Assembly: GCA_030295235.1 (NCBI GenBank)
Contig: AP026123.1
Coordinates: 1,240,001 to 1,304,000 of the forward strand
Source: Fistulifera solaris
Taxonomy: Eukaryota
DNA: 64,000 nucleotides
Direction: 5' to 3'
Shown here: piece by piece, positions 14,246 to 26,076 of the stretch
How the letters are laid out: each line of letters starts with the position of its first letter
Numbering within the stretch: position 1 is the stretch's first letter
Translations under genes and position numbers: made by a program
The notes under the pieces: generated by a model
What the model was told of the DNA's origin: nothing
Databases searched by the model: none
The model's input: only the letters and a program-made list of their open reading frames with translations

Positions 14246-15229
14246 TCATCTACTGGTGACAGCGACAGCCGCTTGTGTCGGTCGGTAGATATGCGAGCCC
14301 CAAAATTGCGGCGTTCCATCCGATTGATAAAGACTGGGACGATAACCTGCCCCGGAATCCGTACTCGGTGACCGCGACAAGCCTTCCTCAATACGCACAT
14401 AGTAGTCGGATCTTCCTTCCGATATACCCGGCAGTTGGCTGCGACTGTTGGCCACAGCAAAGTCTCTGCATTTGATATAGCCAATGACCCCACAATACGC
14501 AGCCGACAAACCGGTGATGAGCATGCTTAGCGCCCAGATCAGATAAAGCGGACGGCTACCACACCAGCGAACTTCGATGTCGTCGTCGATATCCTCATTT
14601 TCGTATCGATCGACACCGGCTTGGTCCGAGCAGTGGCCTACAATGAAAACGGAGAGCCAGGTAAATAAGAGACAAACAACAATGCTCAATTTCCAAGGGC
14701 AGGATCTGGGTCGCATGGAAGTATATCCGTTCGGATAAATGTATTTGAGGTGTCCTCCGGTGTACGCTTCGCCATAATGCTCTTCGTAAGATGCATACGG
14801 CATTTCATTCTCGAACGGTGAACGGACTGCTACTTTCGGTCGAAGTTCCGAACTCAGTAGGGAAGTAGCTTTGGTGCCTCGATTCGATTCGATCTCACTT
14901 TCCGCGTAACTCGTTGCGCTACTGCCAAAATCTGTTGTCTGCTGCAAATGAGAATCAGCGAGAGATGGCGGCACGTCGGGCATCGCTTCGTACTGTTTTT
15001 GCTTGTCATTGTTGTTGTACCGCCTCTCTTCATTCGACTCGGTGACGGCGGGGCTGTGCATTTTCCCATCATCGTTTCCCGTACCAGGAGCGATAGTTTG
15101 TGCATATTCATTTAAAGCGTACTGATACATGGGATATTTTTCACGGATGGCTTCCGGCGTCCGAGCCGCTGGTGACAGCCGCTTCCTCGCTTTCTTTTGC
15201 CCAAACCCAGAATTCGGACCATTGTACAC
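14246..15229 (-). CDS. Hypothetical two-TM membrane protein; true start uncertain
   Basis: 327-aa ORF with two hydrophobic helices (LSIVVCLLFTWLSVFIVG; LYLIWALSMLITGLSAAYCGVIGYI). Confidence 0.65.
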   Translation of the reverse strand: MYNGPNSGFGQKKARKRLSPAARTPEAIREKYPMYQYALNEYAQTIAPGTGNDDGKMHSPAVTESNEERRYNNNDKQKQYEAMPDVPPSLADSHLQQTTDFGSSATSYAESEIESNRGTKATSLLSSELRPKVAVRSPFENEMPYASYEEHYGEAYTGGHLKYIYPNGYTSMRPRSCPWKLSIVVCLLFTWLSVFIVGHCSDQAGVDRYENEDIDDDIEVRWCGSRPLYLIWALSMLITGLSAAYCGVIGYIKCRDFAVANSRSQLPGISEGRSDYYVRIEEGLSRSPSTDSGAGYRPSLYQSDGTPQFWGSHIYRPTQAAVAVTSR

Positions 15230-15604
15230 CTTACTCAGTTTCTATTTCAAAATGTCGTGCAAATTGTTGAGAGGTGAAGATAGAACGTTTCGAGCATTGA
15301 ATTCAATAAATGAATGACACCGAAGGAACGAAATAATAATACTCCGGAGTAATAAGGTGCGCAATAATAAAGGGTGGAAAAAATGCCGTACGTTAGCTAA
15401 GCACTCGTACCGGTACACTTTCCATTAATAAGAATTTTATGCCGGTACCGGTTCGTCATCAATTAGGCGCGGATCCACGAGGAACTTCGACAAGGTTCCT
15501 AACAAAGAAGAAAATAAACAAAAAGGACCGAGCGAGAGATTATCGCGCCAATAGTTTGCTTTCATAAGACACCGCTGATCATCCCCCCATCTCGTTTTGA
15601 CTCG

Positions 15605-16267
15605 ATGATGAGTGCCATTTTCCGGAAGACTGGCATTGAAGAACCCGTCTTCAAGTTGCTTTTGGATCGGACGGAAGCCTCCGTCTCTTATCAGCTACGC
15701 GAATATGGAAAGAGAATTGCCATCGAGACAAGATACAACGACGTTTTCGATGACAGTTCTGCTTTCATGAAGCTGGCCGGGTACATTGGAGTTTTCGGTC
15801 CACCAAATAATCAGGACAACATCCCGATGGCAATGACTACTCCTGTCGTTCGAAACGGCACAAACGGCACTAAGATTGCCATGACCGCACCCGTAGTCCG
15901 TGAGAAAGGTATGATGCAGTTCATTCTACCAGCCAAATACACTTCGTTAGAGAAAACTCCGACACCGACGGATGCAGCGGTTGCCTTAAAAGAGATTCCA
16001 CCCTCGCTCGGGGCGGTCAAGTTCTTCTCTGGGCCACGCGACTTCATTTTGTGTAGAAATTGGGCACTTGCGCTGGGTCAGCAGCTTCGCGAAGACGGCG
16101 TTGATCTTTCGGAAGACTATGTTCTCCAGTCCTATCAGTTCTGGAGCTACGATCCGCCTTCTGTCCCATCCTCACTCCGCCGAAACGAGGTATGGATACC
16201 GTTGACACCTGATCAGGCTACTGCCATAGTTGCTTCCTATGGAGGAGAACAACATGCGAGCAACTAA
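15605..16267 (+). CDS. SOUL haem-binding protein, copy A
   Basis: EEPVFKLL, YQLREY, AFMKLAGYI, IAMTAPV, MQFILP, YDPP..P..LRRNEVWI. Confidence 0.92.
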   Translation: MMSAIFRKTGIEEPVFKLLLDRTEASVSYQLREYGKRIAIETRYNDVFDDSSAFMKLAGYIGVFGPPNNQDNIPMAMTTPVVRNGTNGTKIAMTAPVVREKGMMQFILPAKYTSLEKTPTPTDAAVALKEIPPSLGAVKFFSGPRDFILCRNWALALGQQLREDGVDLSEDYVLQSYQFWSYDPPSVPSSLRRNEVWIPLTPDQATAIVASYGGEQHASN

Positions 16268-16512
16268 TGAATAAATCGTCTTAATTTTAGAAAATTTTAT
16301 TGAATTTGTTACTCCGCACTCTGTTCTACGCACGCCCTACAAAATGGAACCTGTGCGACACTTCCTGATACACGAGTGACCTTCTTGTGACGGCGCGCAT
16401 GCGATGACTTCGAAAACGAGAAAAATTACTTCGCATGAACTATTTTGCGAACGATCCCCGTTATTTTATTATACACATCAAATACCTTTTTAAAAAGTAA
16501 AAGAGGTTGATC

Positions 16513-17168
16513 ATGGGTGTGGTATTCGGCAAATCGAACATAGAGGAACCGGCGTTTAAAGTTCTTTTGGACCGCACAGGCGTGGCAGTGCCTTACCAAA
16601 TCCGAGAATACGGAAAACGAATAGCCGTCGAGACAAAAATGGGAGAAAGCGATCGAAGTCCTTTTATGAAGTTGGCTGGATATATAGGAGTGGTAGGAAA
16701 CCAACCTGCCAACGAAGGGGGGACGACGATCGACATGACGGCCCCAGTCGTACGAACCGACGGAAAGGGTACCAAAATCGCCATGACGGCACCCGTTGTT
16801 CGCGAAGAAGGAATTATGCAATTTATTTTACCAGCCAAGTACGATTCATTAGAGAAAGCTCCGAAACCGACGGATGCGACAGTTTTCTTGAAGGAAATTC
16901 CGCCGTCGGTCGGTGCCGTGAAGCAATACACAGGATCGTACGACCAAGATCTCTGCAGAAAATGGGCCATTGAGTTGCGCCAACAGCTCCGTGAGGATGG
17001 CATCGATCTGTCGGAAGAGCATGTGCTTCAATCGTATCAGTTTTGGGGTACAACCCGCCTTTCACTTTGCCCATGTTCCGTCGAAACGAAGTTTGGATCC
17101 CCTTGACAAAGCAGCAGGCTGCTAGCTTGATTGCATCTTGTGGGAGCGGAGAGAGCTCGATAAATTAG
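16513..17168 (+). CDS. SOUL haem-binding protein, copy B; one G missing at ~17045-17048
   Basis: MGVVFGKS..EEPAF, FMKLAGYI, IAMTAPV, MQFILP. Restoring one G gives FWGYNPPFTLPMFRRNEVWIPL with TAG at 17166-17168. Confidence 0.9.
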
Positions 17169-18183
17169 ACATATTGTTCTGATAATCGAGCAGTGATTTG
17201 GCATGTTCGAGTATAAAAAACACCAACCTCAATATGGATTTCGACGCTTGTCGACGCCCGACCCAATTTCACGTAAACCGATTAACAAGCATTAGACCTT
17301 TCTCGTGCATGCACAATTGCTGATTGATTGTAGAGTATCGTTGCTGGTTGATTGCTGTCTTGACACTGCCCCTACGTCGAGAAATGGCCATTTCAAATAC
17401 GTCGACCGGATTTGTACGACGGGCGACGGGGGCGTGTTTCTTCGAAAATGAAATGAGACGAGACGCGAATTCAGTCCAGCGACCTTTTCGGCGCTTCGAT
17501 AGCAAGCGGCAGTTCAATTACTGGAGAATAACATCGCAGGGTAAGTAGATGTGTGGTCGCTGGCCAAACATGCATCGGCCGTCTTTGTCGTCGTCGTCGT
17601 TAGCGACCGCTCCGCCATACAATGTGAACGAGGTTTGTTTTAGCTTCTAGTGAAACTCCATCGTCTAATCTTTAGAACAAGAATGATGATATGTTACAAC
17701 TCAATCTCTTAGCTTTGTTGGTAACAGTTTCTTTCATTATATTTCATTTACATTTATCGTGGACGGTCTTTGGTGTCTTTCGCTTCCTCCAAAAAATGAG
17801 GCAGAACATATCGGTCATTTGCGTCCAAGACAAAGCAAGACACGAGACGCGAGCCAAAAAAACCCAAGTGTGTCGTCTGCTCGTCTGTCGTACGTGCGCG
17901 CTCGCATCGTTTGATTGGATCGCTGCGTGGAGTGCGTACGTGGAGGCACCGTAGAAAAAGAAACGGTCATTGCGGTGGCCGCCAGCAGGGTCATTGCAAT
18001 GCTCAAGATCTTGGGAGTATGGTTAAGAAAGTACACTTGAGGCGAGCATCTTGGATCTTCGGTCCGGTGACTTTGGCCGCGCATCAATCCTTCGACCCAA
18101 AGCATCGCCGCATTCATGTCCATAAAAAGCAGCTCAACAGCACGACTTATCCACTTTGAAAGCAAAACAAGAAAACTCTTACC

Positions 18184-19795
18184 ATGGCTGATGACGAAGA
18201 TATTGCCGCCCTTGTCGTTGACAACGGTTCTGGAATGTGCAAAGGTAAGTCAAAAGCGGCCGAAGTCGCTTCGAATTGCGACCAGTTGTCTGTGTGAGCT
18301 GTCTTTGGGTGACTGGCGGCTTTTCTACGCGATCGCAATCTTTGAAGGGTGAAGACTTGTCTCGATAAGCCTTCATCTTTCAATTTGTGTCGACAGCAAT
18401 GATCTGCTGCTGTCATTTCACGCTTCTTTCATCGAAAAAGACGGAACGCGTTGACTGTTGACGAGCGACGAAAAGACATTTGCATGACGCGGTCATTTCG
18501 ACATTCAATGCGTCGTACAAACTTGCAAACCTTCTCTAACTTTGCCTCTCTTCCTCTTCTACCTTTTATTTGACTTCCAACAGCCGGTTTCGCCGGAGAT
18601 GACGCCCCTCGCTCCGTTTTCCCTTCTTTGATCGGTCGTGCCCGTCAGCCCGGTATCATGGTGAGTCGTCGACGGTGACGGTGGCTCTTCTATTTGTCGA
18701 GAGCTGTGTCACCCTTTGAATTTGAACGACGTCTAACGCTATCCCTCTTCTTTTACTTCTCTTCTTGCCTTTCGCCTTTGCTTCGTCTTGCGCTTGTAGG
18801 TTGGTATGGAACAACGTGATGCCTATGTGGGTGACGAAGCCCAGGCCAAGCGAGGTGTTCTCACGCTCAAATACCCCATCGAGCACGGTATTGTTACCAA
18901 CTGGGACGACATGGAGAAGATCTGGCACCACACCTTCTACAATGAGCTCCGTGTCGCCCCCGAGGCCCACCCTGTTCTGTTGACCGAGGCTCCTCAGAAC
19001 CCCAAGGCCAACCGCGAACGTATGACCCAGATCATGTTCGAGACATTCAACGTCCCTGCCATGTATGTGAACATCCAGGCCGTCTTGTCCCTTTACGCCT
19101 CTGGACGTACCACTGGTTGCGTGTTGGACTCTGGTGATGGTGTCACCCACACCGTTCCCATCTACGAGGGTTACGCACTTCCCCACGCCGTGATCCGTTT
19201 GGATCTTGCTGGACGTGACTTGACCGACTACTTGATGAAGATCTTGACCGAGCGTGGTTACTCTCTCACCACCACCGCCGAGCGAGAAATTGTTCGTGAT
19301 ATCAAGGAGTCCTTGTGCTTCGTTGCTGTTGACTTCGAGGAAGAAATGAAGAAGGCTGCCGAGTCTTCTGCTCTTGAGAAGTCCTTCGAGCTTCCCGATG
19401 GTAACATCATCGTGATCGGTAACGAGCGCTTCCGTTGTCCGGAGGTGTTGTTCCAGCCCAACTTGACGGGTCTTGAAATGGACGGTATTGCCGACTCCAC
19501 CTTCCAGACCATCATGAAGTGCGATGTCGATATCCGCAAGGACTTGTACGCCAACATTGTTCTTTCCGGAGGTACCACCATGTTCCCCGGTATCAGCGAG
19601 CGTATGTCGAAGGAGATCACTGCTTTGGCTCCTGCTTCGATCAAGGTCAAGATTGTGGCTCCTCCGGAGCGCAAATACTCCGTGTGGATCGGAGGTTCCA
19701 TTTTGGCGTCTCTTTCTACTTTCCAAAGCATGTGGATCAGCAAGGAAGAATACGACGAGTCTGGTCCTTCCATCGTGCACCGAAAGTGCTTCTAA
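18184..19795 (+). CDS. ACT: Actin, copy 2 (exons 18184-18244, 18584-18660, 18800-19795; 377 aa)
   Basis: Same protein as copy 1; canonical GT-AG introns 18245-18583 and 18661-18799. Confidence 0.99.
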
Positions 19796-19901
19796 GTAAC
19801 CTGAATGGTCAATATCTGCATCAGGAAGGTTGGAGTACCGTTGTGCTAGTAAATGGATTAGAAAAAATTATACATGTCTTCTTCAAGTGACTTCCTTAAT
19901 T

Positions 19902-20913
19902 TTATCGTAAGGCAACAAACTCCTCCGGCCGACTGCCAGCTAAATCCAATCTTCCCGTTGGATTGTTTATGTACATTGCTATTACCGTTCGCCCGTACTT
20001 GCGGTTTCTGATCCCAATCATTGCACCGCCATCTACTCCAGGAATTACATGGGGAAGACAGCCCAACTCGACTGGATACTCGACCAAAACGATGGTGTCA
20101 TCCGTTATGAGATCAGACGTAGCGACAGCCTCCAGAAGGTCTCCGTACACAATTTCTTCGTAGGGCGGGCAGAGCGTCACAATCTGATACTTCGTCCCTT
20201 CCGTAATTCCAACTGACTTCGGCTGCTGTAATACTTGAAAGGCATCTGCGTTAATGATCTGTTCTTGCCCAGTAAATTGACACCAGTCTACATTTCGCTT
20301 GATAGCCGAACAGCAATCATCAGAGAGATCGACAAACGTACAATGAGCCGCCCCTCGACTCAGACTCTCCAATCCGACACTCCCCGACCCGGAGAAAATG
20401 TCCAAATGGCGTGTGTTCTCCACATCGTACAGCCCAAATGACGTAAGTGTGCTGTATACCGCTTCTCGTACTTTACCCATCATCGGTCGGAGATAGACGT
20501 TCGGTGAATCGAGCCGTTTTCCTCGTGCCGACCCTCCAGCGATTCGCAGCATACTCGGATTGTTCATGCCCATTTCCCGAGCTTTCCCCTGAGGTCGTAA
20601 GCGAGGGTTCGACGATCCTCCGGCTCCTGGAGTTTTCGTACTTTCTGGTACGATGTGGCCTAAGGGTGGTCTCTTGGCTTGTACCTTTCTTCTTAAATTC
20701 GCTGGAATAGACGGGTCCACATCCGTGGAGGAAATTTGACTTGGTGACTTTTTTGGGTTTAGCACACAATGGTTGAGTGCGTGCGAGGTGGCCCGTTTGG
20801 GTTATTGATTTGTATAAGATGTGCGGCGAAATTGAAAATGCATTACAGAATGTTGATTTTAAAACAATCGAAATGGCAACGCCTATAAGCACAGGAAAAG
20901 AGAGGATCTGCAT
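19902..20913 (-). CDS. rsmD: RsmD-family 16S rRNA (guanine966-N2) methyltransferase, probably plastid-targeted; frameshift ~20750-20765
   Basis: LRIAGGSARGKRL, RPMMGKVREAVYS, LDIFSGSGSVGLESLSRGA, CPPY, RKYGRT. The N-terminus MQILSF...CNAFSI is a signal peptide + AF motif in overlapping ORF 20473-21006. Confidence 0.88.
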
Positions 20914-21432
20914 TATGCGTTGGGTTTGCTGACTCTTTGATCGATGACGGGTCGACGCGCGCCAAAAGAAAGCTTTCGATGAGCAAAATTTAATGCTGGA
21001 TGACAAGAAGCAACCGATGTGCGAGTATTCTTGTATATTTGAGGGAAACTGTTCAATTCAAGCCCATGTTGTGAGACGCAGAACAAGAACAGTTCTTGGA
21101 ACAGCGACGACTGATGGTTGGAATGAATTTGATGATCGATGGGAGCGAGCGTCTGACCGACCGCCCATAAAGACTAGTAACTCACTCAGGACTCAACTGC
21201 AGTCGTAAAAAAGGTGACATACACTTCGGACTATAGTGAATACGGTCGTCGTTACTTGGTCGTTACTTCAAGGCAGACGGAAATTCTGAAGATGTTTGTT
21301 TTCGTAATTCACGACGCTCTTTTTTCTTTAAACACTAATCACCTTCGGCAACTAGCTTCTGTGAAAGCTTTCATCGTACTCGCCCTTTTACGCGGGGGGA
21401 ACTATGAATGAAATACATCTTCCTGTCGAGCG

Positions 21433-22347
21433 TTAGGTCAAAAATCCATTTGCTCGTTGTAATTCTGTTGAATCCTCCGACTTTGCAAGCCTTCGAAGCG
21501 GTGTTGCGACTCGATTGATCATTTGCTTAAGCTCTTTTTTCATTACCTTTCGAGCCATATTACTGATTCGTCTTGTTTGTGGTTTCGTAGTTGGCGAAAG
21601 TGAATTGTCAGCCAGCGAGCCGCTGTTCAGTGACGGAAGCGACCGACGCATACTCAAATCGGAAGATCCACAAATCGTTTCAGGTGCGGTGATAACAGAG
21701 GGATCATAGCAGCTCGATTGTCCTACAAAACTTCCGACGGATAAAACAGTAGCATGAGACGTTTGTCGTGGCGTGTATTTTGGTCGATTTCCCAGAAGTT
21801 GCGAAGCTGCTATTGATGATCCGGCCTCTGAATATCCGATGGATCGTATCGATGGAGCCTCTTGAATCAAAGGAAGGTGAGAGTCCTTGTTGGTTTGGTC
21901 TCGGGGGGCAGACAGTTGTCGAAGCCTTGACGCTCCCAATGAGGCGGGACGAGGGAGAGAAAGTTGGGGCCGTAATGCCACACTTGGGTCGGGTGATTGA
22001 GTAACCGAAACGAAGATTTCCTTTGGAGGACTAGCGGTGTCAGCTTCCTCTTCGTCGAGTCGCTTTTTTATTCGATTCTTGAACGAAGTGTCGGTGACGG
22101 AAGATATTGTCGACGCCTCGCTAACAGAATCTTCTTCGTCATTGTCGTCTACGGCAACGTCATCGTTTATTTCAGGAACATCTTCCCGATAATTTCGAAC
22201 CAGAACGGTATCTTCGGTCGTGGTTCGATTTCTCATAGAAAATGGTGCGTAGAAGACGCCTGACAAGGACGTCGATGGCGATGACGATCCAACCTCGACT
22301 TCGCTTATTGTTGGTGCTCCTCGCAAAAACAGTCGACTTCCAGCCAT
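21433..22347 (-). CDS. Hypothetical Ser-rich, probably disordered protein
   Basis: Clean 304-aa ATG-initiated ORF; no recognisable domain. Confidence 0.65.
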   Translation of the reverse strand: MAGSRLFLRGAPTISEVEVGSSSPSTSLSGVFYAPFSMRNRTTTEDTVLVRNYREDVPEINDDVAVDDNDEEDSVSEASTISSVTDTSFKNRIKKRLDEEEADTASPPKEIFVSVTQSPDPSVALRPQLSLPRPASLGASRLRQLSAPRDQTNKDSHLPLIQEAPSIRSIGYSEAGSSIAASQLLGNRPKYTPRQTSHATVLSVGSFVGQSSCYDPSVITAPETICGSSDLSMRRSLPSLNSGSLADNSLSPTTKPQTRRISNMARKVMKKELKQMINRVATPLRRLAKSEDSTELQRANGFLT

Positions 22348-22855
22348 GATGTTATGAATGTTTTATTTGTTATTGGAATATGGATTGAAAGCTCTTCCTG
22401 TGGGGTTACAGAAATGAAGTAAGAATAGGTGAAAAAATGGAACTGCCGGTTGAGTCGTGGTGAAAAAGTGGGGGGAGAAACTGTTGTCGCGTTTTTATTC
22501 CGTTCCGGTTTCCAGGCAAGATTGATTTTTCACACGGTTCCTTTTTATGCCGTTCGCTGTTCGCTTCGTACATTAGCGAACTATTCCGTCGACACTGAAC
22601 CATAGTGAAAAAACACTTCGTTTTACACAATTATCCATACTCGATGCAATGTAAAGTGTAAAGTGCCTTTGTTGCTCGTACGTGCGTCGCACGTGTCTGT
22701 GTCTGCCTGTGACCCGCTATCTCTGCCCATCGACGACAACGACCAACCAAAGAAAAAAGACGCTGAAGTCGTTTTCGTTTTCTTTGCCAAAGGTGGCCCA
22801 CATTGAGAAATAAACGAAAATCACGACAGTCCTCTTTCGACCTAAATACCCCATC

Positions 22856-23674
22856 ATGGTCAATGCTAACTCGAAGAAGTCTGGGCTTATGCTAATACCC
22901 GAGTCAATTCTGAAGAAGCGTCATGATTTGGACGATCTTGCCCGCAAGAGAGCCGCTTTGGAACAACCGCCTAAAAAGGCAGGTAGCAATAAGGCGTTCT
23001 ATGTTCGAAAGCCGGAAACCTTTTTGGCCAGAGGTCGCGCAAGACGTAATAATGCTACTCGGTATCGTCGTGTAGCGAAGAAAGGAATGCAAAAACGTGC
23101 ATCGAACAAGAAGGAGGTCGCCGAGAAGGTAGTTGAGGGCAATGGTGATTCCCTAGCAGTCAAATACCAGTCCAACTCCGTCGGAGCTCCGTTTGTTTTT
23201 GTTGTGAGAATTCGAGATGATTTGGGAGCTCCACGTGTTGTAAAAACGGTTCTGGACCAGATGCGACTGAAGAAAGAGCACGAAGGCGTGTTTTTGCGGT
23301 ACGATGAGGCAACACGCAAAAAGCTACATTTGGTCGAAAATTTTGTAGTTTATGGCCGACCGTCGAAAGAGATTATTAAAGATTTGATTGAAAGGCAGGG
23401 TCACGGGTGCGTAGATAATGAAAGAGTTCCTCTTTCCGACAACACTGTTGTTGAACAACATCTTGGCGAGCACAATATCATTTGCGTTGAGGACATGGTC
23501 CATGAAATTTTTGCGGTAGGGGAATCATTTGACGTAGTGAATCAATTTTTGTGGCCTTTTTGTTTGATGGATACAAAAACAGAATTCGAACGGAGAACAC
23601 TTAAATTGCACGACGGCAAAGACTACGGTGACAGGGGCGACGCCATCAACGATTATCTCAAGAATGTTCTATAA
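22856..23674 (+). CDS. RLP7: Ribosomal protein uL30/L7-like protein (Rlp7/RPL7L1-type ribosome biogenesis factor)
   Basis: IPESILKKR, FVFVVRIR, RVPLSDNTVVEQHLGEHNIICVEDMVHEI, NQFLWPF, GDRGDAIN. Too divergent for canonical RPL7. Confidence 0.8.
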   Translation: MVNANSKKSGLMLIPESILKKRHDLDDLARKRAALEQPPKKAGSNKAFYVRKPETFLARGRARRNNATRYRRVAKKGMQKRASNKKEVAEKVVEGNGDSLAVKYQSNSVGAPFVFVVRIRDDLGAPRVVKTVLDQMRLKKEHEGVFLRYDEATRKKLHLVENFVVYGRPSKEIIKDLIERQGHGCVDNERVPLSDNTVVEQHLGEHNIICVEDMVHEIFAVGESFDVVNQFLWPFCLMDTKTEFERRTLKLHDGKDYGDRGDAINDYLKNVL

Positions 23675-23842
23675 ACACCTTTAGCACTGTACGTTTAGTT
23701 GACTACGCATATTCGAGAACAATAGTTTCGCACTTCAAATTTGCTTGCTTGATACCTTATCGAGAAGCTTTGTCAAGGTCCGAGGTGGAGCAGGTATGTA
23801 GTCTAGATTTGTTGGCTTGAGCTGTTTGTTCTTTTCCCTGTA

Positions 23843-24661
23843 TCATCCGCTTCTGTCTCCAACCGTTCCATATAGCTTGGAAAGAAAAGGGTGCACTTTC
23901 TTCCTCGACAACTTTTTGATTTTCTCTTCTTCTTCTTTGAGCTTGTCTCGTTTCCGAGTTTCAGTGTCCAATCGCTTTTCAATCTGTCCCTTCTGCTCCT
24001 CGAGTTTACTAGACAACAAGGCCGTTTTCTCGACAGTTAATGCGCGTTCCTTGTTAATTCTCTCCATCCCTTCCTTGCAAGTGTCTCCTTCGGCGATACT
24101 AGCATAAATATTCGGTAGGTTGCTTTCTCGGAGTCGTCGACGAACGGAATCAATGATGGCCTTTGTATGACGATCAAATGCTAGGACAATTTGTCGGCTA
24201 TGCATCCGTTCCCCTTGTGCTTCGGACGGCTCTGCGACTTCTTGGCTTGTCTCCATGGCCAAGCGTCGCATCACATCGGTGCTGTAAAGGAGAATACTGT
24301 TGTCGAAATTCCTTCGCTGGGATTCGTCATCTTCGTGAAAGTAACTTTCTGCTGACATCTGACTTGTCACGGAAGAGGAATCATTTTCAGTGAGATCATC
24401 CTTGTGACTATTATCAAGATCGACGTTCTCTTTTGTGGATTGTATCTTGTAATTAGTGGCTAGTGTAGAGTTGCTTTCCTCACCAGACAATGTGGACGAT
24501 GACGACAAGTAGAAGCTATCGGACTTATCGTGAGCTTCCGCAAACGGTCGTTTTCTTTTGCGACCGACGATTTCCGTTCCTAGTGATGGTTTTGAAAATA
24601 AAGCCAGCAGAGAGCTGGAAGAAGGCTTCAACTTCGAGCTTGGTCGTTTAGGTTGGCTCAT
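23843..24661 (-). CDS. Hypothetical protein with Ser-rich N-terminus, basic NLS-like motif and C-terminal coiled coil; may extend past 23843 via a frameshift
   Basis: ORF from ATG 24661; GRKRKRP motif; coiled-coil segment KLEEQKGQIEKRLDTETRKRDKLKEEEEKIKKL. Confidence 0.6.
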   Translation of the reverse strand: MSQPKRPSSKLKPSSSSLLALFSKPSLGTEIVGRKRKRPFAEAHDKSDSFYLSSSSTLSGEESNSTLATNYKIQSTKENVDLDNSHKDDLTENDSSSVTSQMSAESYFHEDDESQRRNFDNSILLYSTDVMRRLAMETSQEVAEPSEAQGERMHSRQIVLAFDRHTKAIIDSVRRRLRESNLPNIYASIAEGDTCKEGMERINKERALTVEKTALLSSKLEEQKGQIEKRLDTETRKRDKLKEEEEKIKKLSRKKVHPFLSKLYGTVGDRSG

Positions 24662-24727
24662 GTCGACAAGTTGCAGCAAATCCAATAACATCAACAACAA
24701 TTTGCAAATAGCACCGATGATGATTTA

Positions 24728-25645
24728 TTCCAGAATTTCTGGAACGTCCCCAGATTAACTGTAACCTTATTACCCAAAAAACAACGGTTCCAGAATTTCT
24801 GGAACGCGCACAAAATCACTGTGTGACGCAAAAACCGATTCCAGAATTTCTGGATCGCGCACAAAATCACTGTGCGACGCAAAGGACCGATTCATTCCAG
24901 AATTTCTGGAGCATCCCCAATCCCTAGATTATCTGTATTACCCAAAACAATGGTTCCAGAATTTCTGGAACGCGCACAAAGTCACTGTGTGACGCAAAGA
25001 AAGAAACGATTCCAGAATTTCTGGAACGCGCTCAGAATCACTGTGCGACGCAAAGGACCGATTCCAGAATTTCTGGAACGCGTTAAAAAGCATTGTGTGA
25101 CGCAAAGCATACGTTCTTGACGCAAAGGACCGATGATTCCAGAATTTCTGGAACGCGCACAAAATCACTGTGTGACGCAAAGCACCGATTCCAGAATTTT
25201 TTGGAACGTTCCAGATTTTCTGTATTACCCAAAGTAACGACTCTAGAATTTTTGGAACGTGCTCAAAAGCACTGTGTGACGCAAAAAACCGATTTTAGAA
25301 TATTTCTGGCACGTTCCAGATTTTCTGCATTACCGAAAACAACGATTCCAGAATTTCTGGAACACGTTAAAAATCACTGTGTAGTGCAAAGGACCGATTC
25401 CAGAATTTCTGGAAAGCGCTTTTAAAAGCACTTTTTGACGCAAAGGACCGATTCCAGATTCCAAAATTACTGGAACGTCCCAAGAATTTCTGCATTACCC
25501 AAAACCACGATTCTTGAATTTCTGGAACGTCCACAAAATGACTGTTTGACCCAAAACACCGAGCACAAAATCAATGTGTAACGCAGAGGATCGATTCCAG
25601 AATTTTGGAACTTCCCACAAAATTAATTTTTGACCCAAAACCCAT
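24728..25645. repeat. Minisatellite of ~16 units (~51-60 bp) built on the inverted-repeat core TTCCAGAATTTCTGGAA
   Basis: Cores at 24728, 24788, 24839, 24895, 24954, 25010, 25062, 25137, 25189, 25241, ~25293, 25346, 25398, ~25452, 25511 and ~25595, separated by two homologous linker types. Confidence 0.95.
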
Positions 25646-26076
25646 CTATCAATTGTTTCATCGCATCTAAAAAACATTATAAGAACGTATTGGAAGCCGT
25701 CGCCCGTCGCCATGATGTGATGATCGAGTGATGATGGGTCGCGCGATACGAACTAGCCTTCGGTAAGGTTCAGGCTGTGAACGTTTTGAAAATAATAATA
25801 TTTCTAATGACTCATGACTGAACTCTTTAGTCTTGGTCGTGTTCCCCTACATTATTGTGGGAAAAGGTCAAACTGCAAAGGATAGGATGATGATTTGTGA
25901 GACTTTGCCGAATTTCTTCGCAATAGGGTGCATTAGTGTGGCTAAAATACCCAATTCAATGTAAAATAGAGCCAATTTTTAAGTATGGAAGTAAGTTGCG
26001 AAACATTACTAAGCCGAGAAATTCAACATCTTCAGCATAGCCTGCGCGATAGATACTCAGATCCGTCATTATGAGA

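Noticed and set aside
20160..20175. CPPY instead of DPPY in RsmD as evidence of inactivation
   Set aside because: The first residue of this motif varies in organellar RsmD-like proteins, and the other motifs are intact.
24728..25645. CRISPR array (palindromic repeat with ~35-nt spacers)
   Set aside because: The spacers are homologous to each other (two types), there are no cas genes and the context is eukaryotic; it is a minisatellite.
25717..25822. Possible C/D box snoRNA (GTGATGA ... CTGA)
   Set aside because: No terminal stem or recognisable rRNA-complementary guide; the CTGA belongs to the dispersed hairpin motif.
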